A DNA stretch of 64,000 bases from Amphiscolops sp. MND2022. Lineage: Eukaryota. The notes beneath the pieces are model-generated. The model did not search any database. It saw only the letters and a program-made list of their open reading frames with translations, and had not been told where the DNA came from. Positions 37,243 through 48,855 of the stretch are shown one piece after another. Made by a program: the position numbers and the translations under genes. The stretch lies in NCBI GenBank assembly GCA_964187785.1, contig OZ076409.1:31126001-31190000 (forward strand), written 5' to 3'. The number at the start of each line of letters is the position of its first letter. The first letter of the stretch is position 1.

Positions 37243-39170
37243 TTTTGAGTATTTTAAGTGGAACGGAACAAAAAAGCAGGAACTGTGAACGGAAATCACC
37301 TTAAAAAAGCCGACGTACATGAAAACACTACGAAATTATTTTTTCTGAATCAGCAGGCTTCGAAGAACAAACCAAATGAAGACTAACAGCAACTGCAGCA
37401 CGAAAGTCCACACGATAAAGCATTTTTATGTCAATCGAAAAACCATTGCAGTACCACGCTAAGTAACACTTCCATTTAAAACTGTAATTTACATGACATG
37501 ACACTAGGCAAAGACGGGGAAGACAATCAACAGTTTTGATTGTAAAAAAAACTTACGGAAAAAACAATGACTAATAGTGAACTCAGTTTGATATTGTTCG
37601 GGTCAAGTAAAAAACAACAACAGGACCTTTAAAAACTTCACATTTCCTGAAAAATGGTAATGAGTTCGTGGGACAAAAAACGACTCAGCCACAACATACA
37701 TCTTTCATAACGAGCAGGATCAGAAAACGAAAGAACCTCGGCGGAAGGTTTACCGATAAGCGAGGAAAATTTCGGTGTTAACGTTTGTTATGTAGTCGGA
37801 AGAACCACAAAGCAACTGAAACTTTTCTACAATTTGAAAAAAAAATCAGGTAGAAAGTAACAAAACAACAACAACAGGAACAACTATGAATGGGAGTCAT
37901 CTGAAATACGGGAGAAGTACATAGAGCGAATACGTAACATCGGATATTAAACGAAACAATGTTTCGGAGGTCAATCGTAGATAATCTGTGACCATAACGT
38001 CTCAATTTCTCCATACAAAACGCGGGTCAACAGAAGGTACAACGTACAAACAAGATGACATTCATACCGTGAACAAGCAGGCTGCGGAAAGAATGAGAGA
38101 AACTGCTATTACACCAAAAAGAATCAAAATGCTAGACTTTTTACGCTTTCCGAAAAATTATTTCATGGTTTGCTAGTTTTTGCTAACATTGTTACAGCGA
38201 AAATCACAACCCAAATGATACAAGGTGGAAATGTGGAGGACTGTCAACAGTTTTGACCCTAGAAAACTCCAACGCAAAAAAAAACGACTTAGCGAACAAG
38301 CTGTGCTAATATATGTGTCCTATAAAAAACCTGTACAATACCTCCAAAATTTTTCAACTTTGGGGAAAAACGACAAGAATGACACAAAAAGGGACTCAAC
38401 CTCCTCGTAGATCATTGTTGCCAAGCAGCATCAGGAAACGAAAGTAGCTCAACGTAGAGATCACATCACCGAAATAAATATCGAAAATCTAAGTCTTAAC
38501 GTTTGTGAAATAGTCAGAAAAACCACAAAGCATCGAAGACAATTTTACATTTTTGAGTATTTCAGGTAGAACGGAGCAAAAAAGCAGGAACCGTGAACGG
38601 AAATCATCTTAAAAAAACCGACGTACATGAAAACATTACGAAACATGGGAGAGTCAAAGAAACATGGTTTCTGAAAACAGTCGAAAAACCAATCCATTAC
38701 CTCAAGATTTTTCATTTATACATAAACAATGCGGGCCAACGGAAGCTACAAAGAACAAACAGCCTCACACCATTTTACTGAATCTGCAGGCTTCGAAAAA
38801 CAAACGAAATGAAGACTGACGCAACTGCAGCACAGAAGTTCACACGATACATCATTCTCAAGTCAATCGAATAACTATTCCAGGACCATCTAACTCAAAC
38901 TTCTATTTAAAATTGTAATCTACATGACACTAGGCGAACACAGGGAGGTCTGCCAATAATTTTGATTGTAAAAAAAACTTACGTTAAAAACAACGACTTA
39001 AAACGAATGCAGTTTGACATTGTTCAAAAAAAGTCACTGAGAAGTCACAAAGCAACAACGATTGTTCTAAAGTCTGACAACGATAAATTCATGGAGAAAC
39101 GCAACTTCAGAAACAACAGTTACCGGAAATTAATTTTAAAAAAGACAATTCAAAAAAAAATATTTTGAAA
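37243..39170. repeat. Degenerate long direct repeats
   Basis: 37243-37600 aligns to 38551-39030 (ttttgagtatt...aaaaaagcaggaac.gtgaacggaaatca...ccgacgtacatgaaaaca). Confidence 0.75.
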
Positions 39171-39789
39171 AGTGGAAAACAACGATGAGCTGCACGTTAA
39201 TGAGACACGAGCACCATATATACTATCGTTATTCTTTCAATTCGCTCAATTTGAACGACTCTAGCTTAGTTCAATAGTTCTGTTTAATCTTGGAGTAAAA
39301 TGAGTCTTATTCATTTTAATGAGAAAAGCCTTCTGAAATAAAATGGGCTTCAAAAAAGAAAACAATTGCAATGTTCAATTCGAACGTTGAGGAAAATAAT
39401 AGTAGAAAAACGTTTCTGTAACAAATTGATAAGAACAACCCAAAATCAGGCCATCAGTCATTCATAAGAGCTTTTTAGCTAAACAGACCGAAGGCCTCTC
39501 CACGGGTGTAATATACTAAAACATGGAACATGAAAGTGTAATACAAAATATTGTAATTGAAACATATGAAAACAAATGGAACATGAAACAAACTCTCAAA
39601 AATCAGGCATCCCAAACCAGCTCCAACATTCAATTCATCATTAATGAAAAAGTATGAGTTCAGGCATTCTATTCAAAAACGGGTGACAGCATATTCAACT
39701 ACCAGTCAGCCATAGAAAGCATTGAAGCTAAGCCGACTGATGAACTTCAAGCGAAAGGTTTCAATTTCAGGAAGTAGACAAATCACTTT

Positions 39790-41330
39790 CCAGGCAAGTC
39801 ACTGCATGTTCTATCTTGGCTGGCCAAGATCTCCTTGCTGCCAGGGCTTCTCATAGTAGTCTTGTGTTCCCGGCCACGCTGATTAGCAGAGTTGCGAGCC
39901 AGTTGGTAGGCGTAAAGCGCTTTCACAGGGCCTCGCTTTGAATACGCCCACAGAACAAGTTCTTTGACGTCGGCTTGTTTCTGCAGATCAGCGGGGGTCG
40001 ACTGGCGTTGCTACCCTCGGGTTCAATCATACTGTGTATGAGTTCACTTTCTAGATTTTTGCCAAATATATATTCCGCAATTTTACGTCCATATTTTGAC
40101 TGCTCATAGGGAATAAACATTTCCCGAAGGTTCACTCCTTTATACTTTATTTCCCGGAGATCTGCAACATCGTTCGGAGTGTCACCTTCACACTCAAGGT
40201 CATTGACTGAGATTTCATTTCTCTCAGCAGTCTCGAGGCCTCTAGCGTTTTTGAAAAAAAACTCGACCGACTTCGACTGAAAAAAAGTAATACACTCATA
40301 AGCTATATATCATCGTCTCATGACTAATTGTCTCAAGACTTCTCGGTTCAATCACCATTTAAAAGTCTGAATGTATCGGTCAAATGAGAGGCAAAAGAAA
40401 AGCATGTGGAAAAAACGAAATCAGCGGATATTTCTCATAGCATTTGAAAAGACAAAAAAGCTTACTAGTCGTTCGCGCTCTCTCCGTTCTTTCCTTGCCT
40501 CCTCGCGATACTCTTTCCAGCACTCGCGGTGTGTATCGAGCAGTCTCTCCATGGTCGAGGAAAATGTCTTCAAGGTCTCACGGATCGCGCTAGACGTACA
40601 ATGTAAAAATTAAAAAAACAAACTCCTATTTCAGGCCTATGAAAAATTGATCGGGAATTATAGTCCGGATTCAGGTTGAGGAACTATAGCGAAGTTTTGT
40701 TTAGAAGTGTACTTCCGTCCGAAAGATATTGTCGTGAAATCTGAGTTTCGAGATGAACTTACTTTGCTGACATTGTCACAAGTGCATGGAGTTGACGTGG
40801 GCGGAGTGGACCGATCAATCAGCATTACTGGGGACTGCTCAAAAATTGGCTTCGATTTGACAATTTTTGGTCGTTTCGAAGGTGGTGGTCGTTCAAGGTC
40901 TATCGGGTCCGGGGCATCAGAATCCGCAGACAAATCTTTGTCGTCTGAAGCCTCTCCGTCTTTCGAAGGTTCTGGGGGATCATTTTCATCGTTGGCGAAG
41001 GAGACACATAGGTCTAGCAAGGTCTCCTGCATATTCGAGATCGGTTTCGCACCTTTAGCTTCCACTTTTTTAAGGTACTCTTCCGTGCCACTGTCTATCA
41101 GTGAACACTCATGGTATTTCCGGGTAACCGGGTTCCGGATTTGCAATCTGGAGTGCTTCTGTAGGCTCAACTTCCGATGCAAAGAAGTCCTTCGGCCAGC
41201 CAGAGCTTTCGGAAGATATCATAGAAACAGTTTTATCTCCGGGGCAATAAAACAACCAACGAGTACTGGCTACATCCTCCAGCAATGCTTTTGTATCAAA
41301 CGTTCGTTTTTCACGTCTATCCATAGTGAT
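39790..41330 (-). pseudogene. Multi-exon second gene of the CMC element, with acidic/PEST region, coiled coil and BEN-like C-terminus
   Basis: MDRREKRTF...WLFYCPGDKTVS; PPPSKRPK NLS-like stretch; coiled-coil exon ~40465-40595 (WKEYREEARKERRERE); SKYGRKIAEYIFG...EL...MI...RPPL resembles the BEN pattern. Confidence 0.5.
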
Positions 41331-42166
41331 CAAAAGGTTAGCGCAGTTCTGAAAAATCAACAAAAACCACAAAAAGGGGAACCGCATTGCGAACTCTGGA
41401 AACCAATTATCGAAACGGTCAGCAAAAAAAGCTTGTGAGCAACACCCATTAAGATAAAAAGTTCCAGTCAAAGAAGGATACTCATTACAAACATTTAAAT
41501 AAATCAATGGAAAAAAGTCAAGATCCATTAGAGTAAAAAGAATGCCATTGTTATACAAACCGGCGGATTTTTCAGAAAAGACAAACTTGATAATACTAGT
41601 TCATAGAATTGGTAATTTCACGATTCTGAGAAACTGACAATTGTTGAACTTTCCAGGTACTGATGCGTGAAAGATGCGAAATGAACAAACTTATTCTTTA
41701 CGAGGAAAGGGTTCTAAGGAAAATCTTCGTTGGAGATAAACAGTGCAATCGAAAACTTCATTACTGATGAAGAGATTTGTATTAATAACGTGACATCAAA
41801 CCAAAGTAAGACACTCCGTCAGTCATATAAGCTTCGAAGCTAAACCGACTGAAGGTCTTTAACATAAAACCGATGGAATGAAGAAACATAAAATGTTAAA
41901 ATTAACAATTCGAGATAACAATTCGAAATTCCAAGGAAGATTCTCGAAACATCTACTGAGACCATGAAAGAAATATAAATGGATATGTACTTGGTGGCTG
42001 AACAGAAAACAGAACTTTAAGGCAATCTGCATCAAAAAACCAATGTTTATCTATGAGTCAGCTAAAAAAGCGTAAGAGCTAAACCGACTCAAGGACAAAC
42101 AAAGTGTTAATGAACATTCAGAAGCTTTCATAGTTACAGTGTAACAAAAGAATTTGGTTTATTCGC

Positions 42167-45100
42167 TCAGTTGTGATCGAAATGTGGCGAAAGTTTTACG
42201 AAGAATTTCTCTTGATCAGTGAAAAAAGCAATCATTTTCGCGAAAATTGCGTCACATGGAACATCGATTCTTTCTTCGGTTTTTGCTACGCGAAAGAAAG
42301 CACAGGCTAAATCAGCTCCAGGACATGTAAAAGCTTTCTCGACTATGTTCGTTCAACTAAACAGAATCGGTGTCCACCAAGGCGGAAAAATGCGATGATC
42401 TGGCCGAACCAGAGTTTCCCAGAGCAATCAGAGGAATATGAAATGAATGAGTTGCGGTCAGACTTGGTATCGCTGGCGGAGTCATAGGCTACTCCGTTCA
42501 CAATTTCTCTCGCTGACACTGAGGAAGCTCGGAGAGAGAGTTCTCGAACGGCTGCGGATTCTTTCAGATGACCATATCCAAATTTCTTGCGACCACGCAC
42601 CAACTCAGTTGTCAAGTCGAAGAGCCCATCATTGTCTATCTTGGAAGAAAGAAGTTATTTTATTAGTCAAATAACGTTCAACCAGTAATCTGAGGTGGTT
42701 AACTGATCCGGTGAAAGTGGATACGAGAGAGTGATGGGCCGATTCAAAAGCAAAGCAAGACGCTGTCCACAATGGGCCATAGTTTCGCACTTGTCAGGTT
42801 AAATGTCTTAGCGAATGCAGAATAAAAGTTTGTTCAATCTGATCCAGAGCAGCGAAGCCGACACAAAAATCGTTGAGCAAAGTATCGCATTCCATCAAAA
42901 AATCGTCAGTTTCCAGCAGGACTCGGATTGCATAGGAAAACGTCCACAACAACTCACTGAGAGTTTCATTCAGCAACCCCAATGTAATTACAGGCGAAAC
43001 GTACAAGAGCCAAGTTTTGAATTCACTCGCTTTAAAATGAGACATTTGGTCCAAGCCACGAACTGATCGTTGGAACTCGAAAGGCAATCTGAAATTTCGG
43101 GCTCTCTGATTTAAAACTAATCTTTTGGCGGGTTGTAGAGAAGAATACAGGTGACAAAAAAAGTTCTTAGCAACTCCCAAACAAACTGTATGCATGTAAT
43201 CAATTGTAACGAAGAAAGGTACCCTCTCACTGATCAAACTCAATGGAGACTTACCTAAGAGTATTGAGCGTTTAATTTCAGGAAAAATCAGCCAAAAAAG
43301 GAATTTCAAGTCCGCGAAGATGAATTAGTCAAGATGCTTTGATTGGTGAATGAACTAAATGGTTAAAGAAAACCAAAAAAAAACATTACCTTTTTGCTTA
43401 ATCAATTTAGCTCAATACCCCTGACACCCTTCGTTTGACGACGAAAAAACTTTGCGCTGGGATCAAACCCAGCAGCTTCCAGTTTCTGAACTTCAGAGAG
43501 ATTTTTGTGATACGACTCATAAGTGCGCATCTTGATAACGCTTTGGCAAGGATAAATCCTTGAACTGTGTGAAACAATTTCACCTTCATCTTCACGAAGA
43601 TGACAACCAAAATACCCATTGAACTGCTTCATGTTGAGTATGGCAGCTTTGGCAACATTGTCAGCACTCAGAAACAAAAATTCGATGTTCACAGTATAAG
43701 AAAAACCGTCATGATGGAAAAAGTCGAAGTCCGATGCTTCCCTTTTGACATATCGGAAAATAATGTCGAAATCAGGTTTTCCTTCACCAAACCACAAGCT
43801 CGCCAGAACAATATTGTCGAACGAAAAACGCAAAACCGGTGGTAAATCCGCGATAGTCATCCATAAGGGGTAAAGATGTTTACCAGATGAGTGAATAATT
43901 TTGACACCATCAGTCGAAATTATCAGATCGAGGGTGATTCCTGTACCACTCTCATTGAGAAATTTCCCAATTTTGACATCTTTCGAACTCTCCGATGTGG
44001 CCCTGCGCGAACGTTCTTTCAGAATCCTCCAATTGCGGCAACAAATATCCTTTAACTCCAAAGCGAACTTGAGAGGTATCAAATCACCTGAATTACAAGG
44101 CACTTGGGTGTATGTTTTTTCAAGAAATTACTTCCTACTTTCATTTTTGAAATGATTCATTCCTGGTAAATTTCTGCCCGGATTTGTTGAACGGAAAACT
44201 TTCAGAACGTCGTTCATGAGCGCGTCTGATGCCCGATGTTTAGAACATAATGCCGTTAAACATAACTGGAGATTGTTCAACCCAATTTCAGGATGGGCAG
44301 TCAATGGGATGTCCAGTGTTGAACATTGACTATCTGAACGTGAGAGTTGGTGCACTTCTTCGATGTTTTCAGCGGAAAAAACTTCCCTGGGGTCTCCGTT
44401 ATGAATTGGATTTGAAGAACCGACAGGTTCAAGCTCGAGGAGACGTTCTTCAGGTCGAGATTCCTCACATGAAAAATCACTCGAGTCCTGACTAGGAGAA
44501 GCTCGCAGGTCCTCAATTTCACCAGTGGAATTGTCCATGAGAACCGTTCTTTTCCTCTTGTAGGATTTCGAAGTTTCTGCGCAGACGAATGACATAAAGC
44601 CTGACAACGTAATACGCCGTCTTTTGACTTTAGCAGATTCAAAACTTCGACATACAGAAAATGATTGGCTACAAACAGTGGATAAAGGTGGCTCGTGAAG
44701 ATGCACATGAGGACAACGACATTCAAGCGATTCGAAAAACTCTTTTCCATAGTAGACTGTAATCTCGTCTGCGGCCTCAATAGCTTTCAATGTTTTTAAT
44801 TTGAAACAAGGAAGCCCGTTAAGGGACGTGAATTCATATTTGCAATTTGGATTACATGAAGAATTGACGAAACGAATACTTCCAGCCACTAATCTAGGAT
44901 ATTTACACATCTGAGTTGGCGCTATGGTGGATAGGTCATCAAAATTATGTTCGTCAGCGGGTTTGATCTTGGCCATGATGCCAGCCGGAGCGGTCAGAAC
45001 TTGGTTGGCTTGTCTGTTTCGCAATGTTTTGAGACTGTGACCGCCGAACTCGTCAGGAAAGAATTTGTAACCAGCTTCGACTGTCTCTTCATAAAGTGAT

Positions 45101-45264
45101 TCTAATCGACGGAGTAAATCGAATTCGTTTTTAGTCGCATTTTTTTCAAATGTTGAAAAGTCAGGCAGCTGAATCAACGTGCTGGCTGTACGGCCAGAGG
45201 TAGAGACAAATTTCTTTGCTGCAAAACCATCACAAAGCGCCAGACTTACTGGTAGCAAATTCAT
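42167..45264 (-). pseudogene. SET-domain / EnSpm-type DDE transposase fusion gene, with a 164-bp intron (43255-43418) and a few lesions
   Basis: SET-like GSIRFVNSSCNPNC...IEAADEITVYYG..FF...CRC; then LIISTDGV, LYPLWMTIADLPPVLRF, GEGKP, SADNVAKAAILNMKQFNGYFGC, spliced KGVRG/KSPL, IDYMHTVCLGV, FKASEFKTWLLY, HSLRHL..QVRNYGPLWTASCFAFES, ending HFDHN*. The stop at 44128-44130 is in frame with the downstream ORF. Confidence 0.9.
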
Positions 45265-46274
45265 TGACACAATACTGAAATTATACCTAAACACAAGCTG
45301 GAACCGAAGAACTCACTTGCCAGCTGTTTGGAAATTAGCTAAATCAAAGTGTTTAATCCAAGATTCAATAGTTTATTTTCGTCAACGGAAAAGACTGACT
45401 TCGACGTGACAAAAATGTTGAAAGGCAAGCAGCGTGAACTTGTATCCATCTACGGGCATGATAATGAAAAAAGTCATACCAATTTAAAGTCGAAATTTGC
45501 AAATCAACGAATATTACTAAGCTGAACACAGCCTATCTATCAGCTGAACTATTAGGTCGTTGGCCTCAAAATTTGAAAGGAAGAACGCTTTTGCTACAAA
45601 AGCTGGAGCATAATTTTAAGTGTAAAAAATGCCAAAAAAAACATTCAAGTTGGTACAAGAAACATCTATTCATGTAAAAAGAAAAGTTCATGTAAAAGAA
45701 TAGAGACATCAGATCGTCAGCAAAAAAGTAGAACAAAATCGAGAGAAAGAGAGCAAATTAATCAAACCACATGTTTTATTAAACCTCAAGCCGACTGCGT
45801 CGCTTCGTTTTTTTCTGAGCTCCCGTTGGCCGCTTACGCATAAGAGGTAAACGTCCCTCCGTTATTCTTCGCAGGATTCTCGACAGCGTGGCCCTTATTG
45901 AGAATCTCGTCTGGTGAAAGGCATCACCAGCTTTAAAATGCAGACCACCCAAGATTACCTCGTGCACTTTGAGCGAACCGCTCGAATTCAAACCCAGAAG
46001 TACTTTCTTCATTTCGATGTTGATCACATTCTCGTCGGTATTCAAAGGTATTTTCATTTTTTTCGCTACGCCATCGCTGGCAGTTCTTCCGGGCTTCGGC
46101 ATTTTTGAGTTGTCTTCTTGAAAACCCAACGAAAAATTCAACTCACTTCTGGGCGCATTGGACATTGGCCTATTTATGTGATGTTCAATCTAATCAAAAC
46201 CATGGAAAATTTTAAAAATATTTTTTATATACTCTGATGCTTTTATGGGACATAGTTGAAACGTTGTCTATTTT

Positions 46275-46739
46275 CTAAGTTGCCATCTTTTTTATACCAC
46301 CGTTCATAAATGGAACATCACAGGCCTCGGTTAGTTTTCTCCCAACTTCTGAACACGGTTTTGCTACATTTTTGCACCCAGGTTTATTAAAGATGGAATT
46401 CTGGATCACATCCGGGTAAAGAAAAATACAATCAGCTCCCCAACACAAAGCACTCTTCGGCGCTCCATCAAATGACAAACTCTCGTTTTTGTGCTGAAAT
46501 TTAGACCCACTGCCACCGAAACACTTCAGCAAACAACCTTCGACGTTGGAAAGATGGTAGGGGATTTTGCACTTGCACCGGCAAAAACAGGACTGCCAGC
46601 CAATTTTGTCCCAAATGGCTTTCTGCAGTTTCCGCAGATTTTTGCTGCACTTTCTCCGCACCGAAACAAAACCGTTCGAAGCGATCAAGACCGCAATCTT
46701 TTTTCGTTCTGGACATTTTCGTTGTATCTTCATCATCAA
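46275..46739 (-). CDS. Uncharacterised Cys-rich ORF inside the CMC element
   Basis: 154-aa ORF (CFCRCKC...LCWGADC); no family recognised. Confidence 0.3.
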   Translation of the reverse strand: MMMKIQRKCPERKKIAVLIASNGFVSVRRKCSKNLRKLQKAIWDKIGWQSCFCRCKCKIPYHLSNVEGCLLKCFGGSGSKFQHKNESLSFDGAPKSALCWGADCIFLYPDVIQNSIFNKPGCKNVAKPCSEVGRKLTEACDVPFMNGGIKKMAT

Positions 46740-47329
46740 CTAAAAATATTTCGCAATCAGCACTACTATTAAACGGAATTCCGCAAATACTTACCACCCT
46801 TGAAAACCTACAGTGGCCCTCTATGCTTGCAAAACGCTTTGTTCCCCTTTCAAAACAAAGCGGGCAACTTTGGTTTAAAAAAATTGGTGAAAAAATCGCA
46901 TAGTGCAGAAAAAAATTGTTAAATCAGGGAAACTATCTTGAATAAGGAATAAGATCGAAAACCTGGGTTATATTGGTCTAAAAACGAACGCTTTCAGAAG
47001 ACATGAAGAGTATCTAATTTTCGCATTTCGTCGCTAATTTTTAAAAATTCTCATTTACTTTTAATAAGGACCGTGCGTACTGAAACCCACTTTTCATATT
47101 GATACAAACTGAGAAAGAAGCCCGTAGTTAAGAGGGCGAGTCGGAAAAAGTTGAAGATGGTGTCGCATACGCTGCAAGCTGCAGAGCCTCCTTGCAGTGT
47201 CACTAACGTTCCCATTTAAATAAAGATTGTACACCTTGGTAAGTGGATGAAAGTTTATTTATTACTGCACTAATATCACTATGTAAAACAATGCTCGTTG
47301 TAATAAGGAATCTGGCAAACTACACTAAT

Positions 47330-48855
47330 AATATCTAAGCAAAAACTTGAGCAAAATAACTGCAAAATTATGAAAATAGGCAACTCAAAGAGGAATCACA
47401 GCTAAAACCTGGATCTATTTGATGTAAAATAATCCGAAACTATGGGAAGACAGCGAAGAGTATCTAAATTATACATCATTTAGTCTCTATTGAGAATAAT
47501 ATCGAAAATTTTTCAAAATAGCTTCAAAATTATGAAAATAAGCAATTCAAATAGGAATCAGATCTAAAACCTGGATCTATTTGATCTAAAATCATTAAAC
47601 TCTGGGAAGACAACGAAGAGCATCTAATTTATGCATAATTTAGTCTCTATATTGAGAATATTATCTAAAATTTTGACAAAATAGCTGCAAGATTATGGAA
47701 ATCAGCAACTGAAATAGGAATCAGATTTAAAGCCTGGATCATTTTGATCTAAAATCATCAAAAACTATGCGAAGACAGCGAACAGTATCTAATATATGCA
47801 TAGTTTCTTCTCTAAAATGAGAATAATATCTAAAACTTGGGCAAAAATAGCTGCTAAATTATGGATATCAGCTATTGAAATAGGAATCATAACTAAACCT
47901 GGATCATTTTTATGTAAAATCCTCGAGAACTCTGGAAAGACAGCGAAGAAAATCCAAATTATGCATAATTTAGTCTCTGGATTGAGAATGATATCAAAAA
48001 TTACGGGGAAATAGCTACAAAATTATGGAAAATCAACAACTGAAAATAGAATCAGATCTAAAACCTGGATCAATTTGATCCAAAAACAAAAACTCTGGGA
48101 AGACAGCGAAGAGTATCTAAATTATGCATAATTTCGTCTCTAAAATGAGAATAATATCTAAAACTTGGACAAAAATAGCTGCTAAATTATGGATATCAGC
48201 TATTGAAATAGGAATCATAACTAAACCTGGATCATTTTGATCTAAAATCCTCGAAAACTCTGGAAAGACAGCGAAGAATATCCAAATTATGCATAATTTA
48301 GTCTCTGTATTGAGAATAATATCAAAAATTACGGGGAAATAGCTACAAATTTATGGAAAGTCAACAACTGAAAATAGAATCAGATCTAAAACCTGGATCA
48401 ATTTGATCTAAAAACAAAAACTCTGGGAAGACAGCGAAGAGTATCTAAATTATGCATAATTTCGTCTCTAAATTGTGAATTATTTTTAAAACTTGGGCAA
48501 AAATAGCTGCTTATTATGGAAATCGGCTATTGAAATAGGAATCAGAACTAAAACCTGGATCATTTTGATTTAAAATCATCGAAAACTATGGGAAGACAGC
48601 GAAGAGTATCTAAATTATACATAATTTAGTCCCTATTGAGAATATCAAAAAATTTTCAAAATAGCTGCAAAATTATGGAAATAAGCAATTCAAATAGGAA
48701 TCAGATCTAAAACCTGGATCTATTCGATCGAAAGTCATCAAAAACTCTGGGAAGACAGCGGAGAGCATCTAAATTATGCATAATTTAGTCTTCTATATTG
48801 AGAATATTATCTAAAATTCCGGCAAAATAGCTGCAAAATTATGGAAATCAGCAAC
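47330..48855. repeat. ~160-165-bp satellite array (right), same family and orientation as 35290-37230; partial unit near 46945-47030
   Basis: Same consensus; two monomer variants alternate over ~47830-48480. Confidence 0.95.

Noticed and set aside
40707..41438. 243-aa + strand ORF
   Set aside because: Antisense to the minus-strand accessory gene; no motif.
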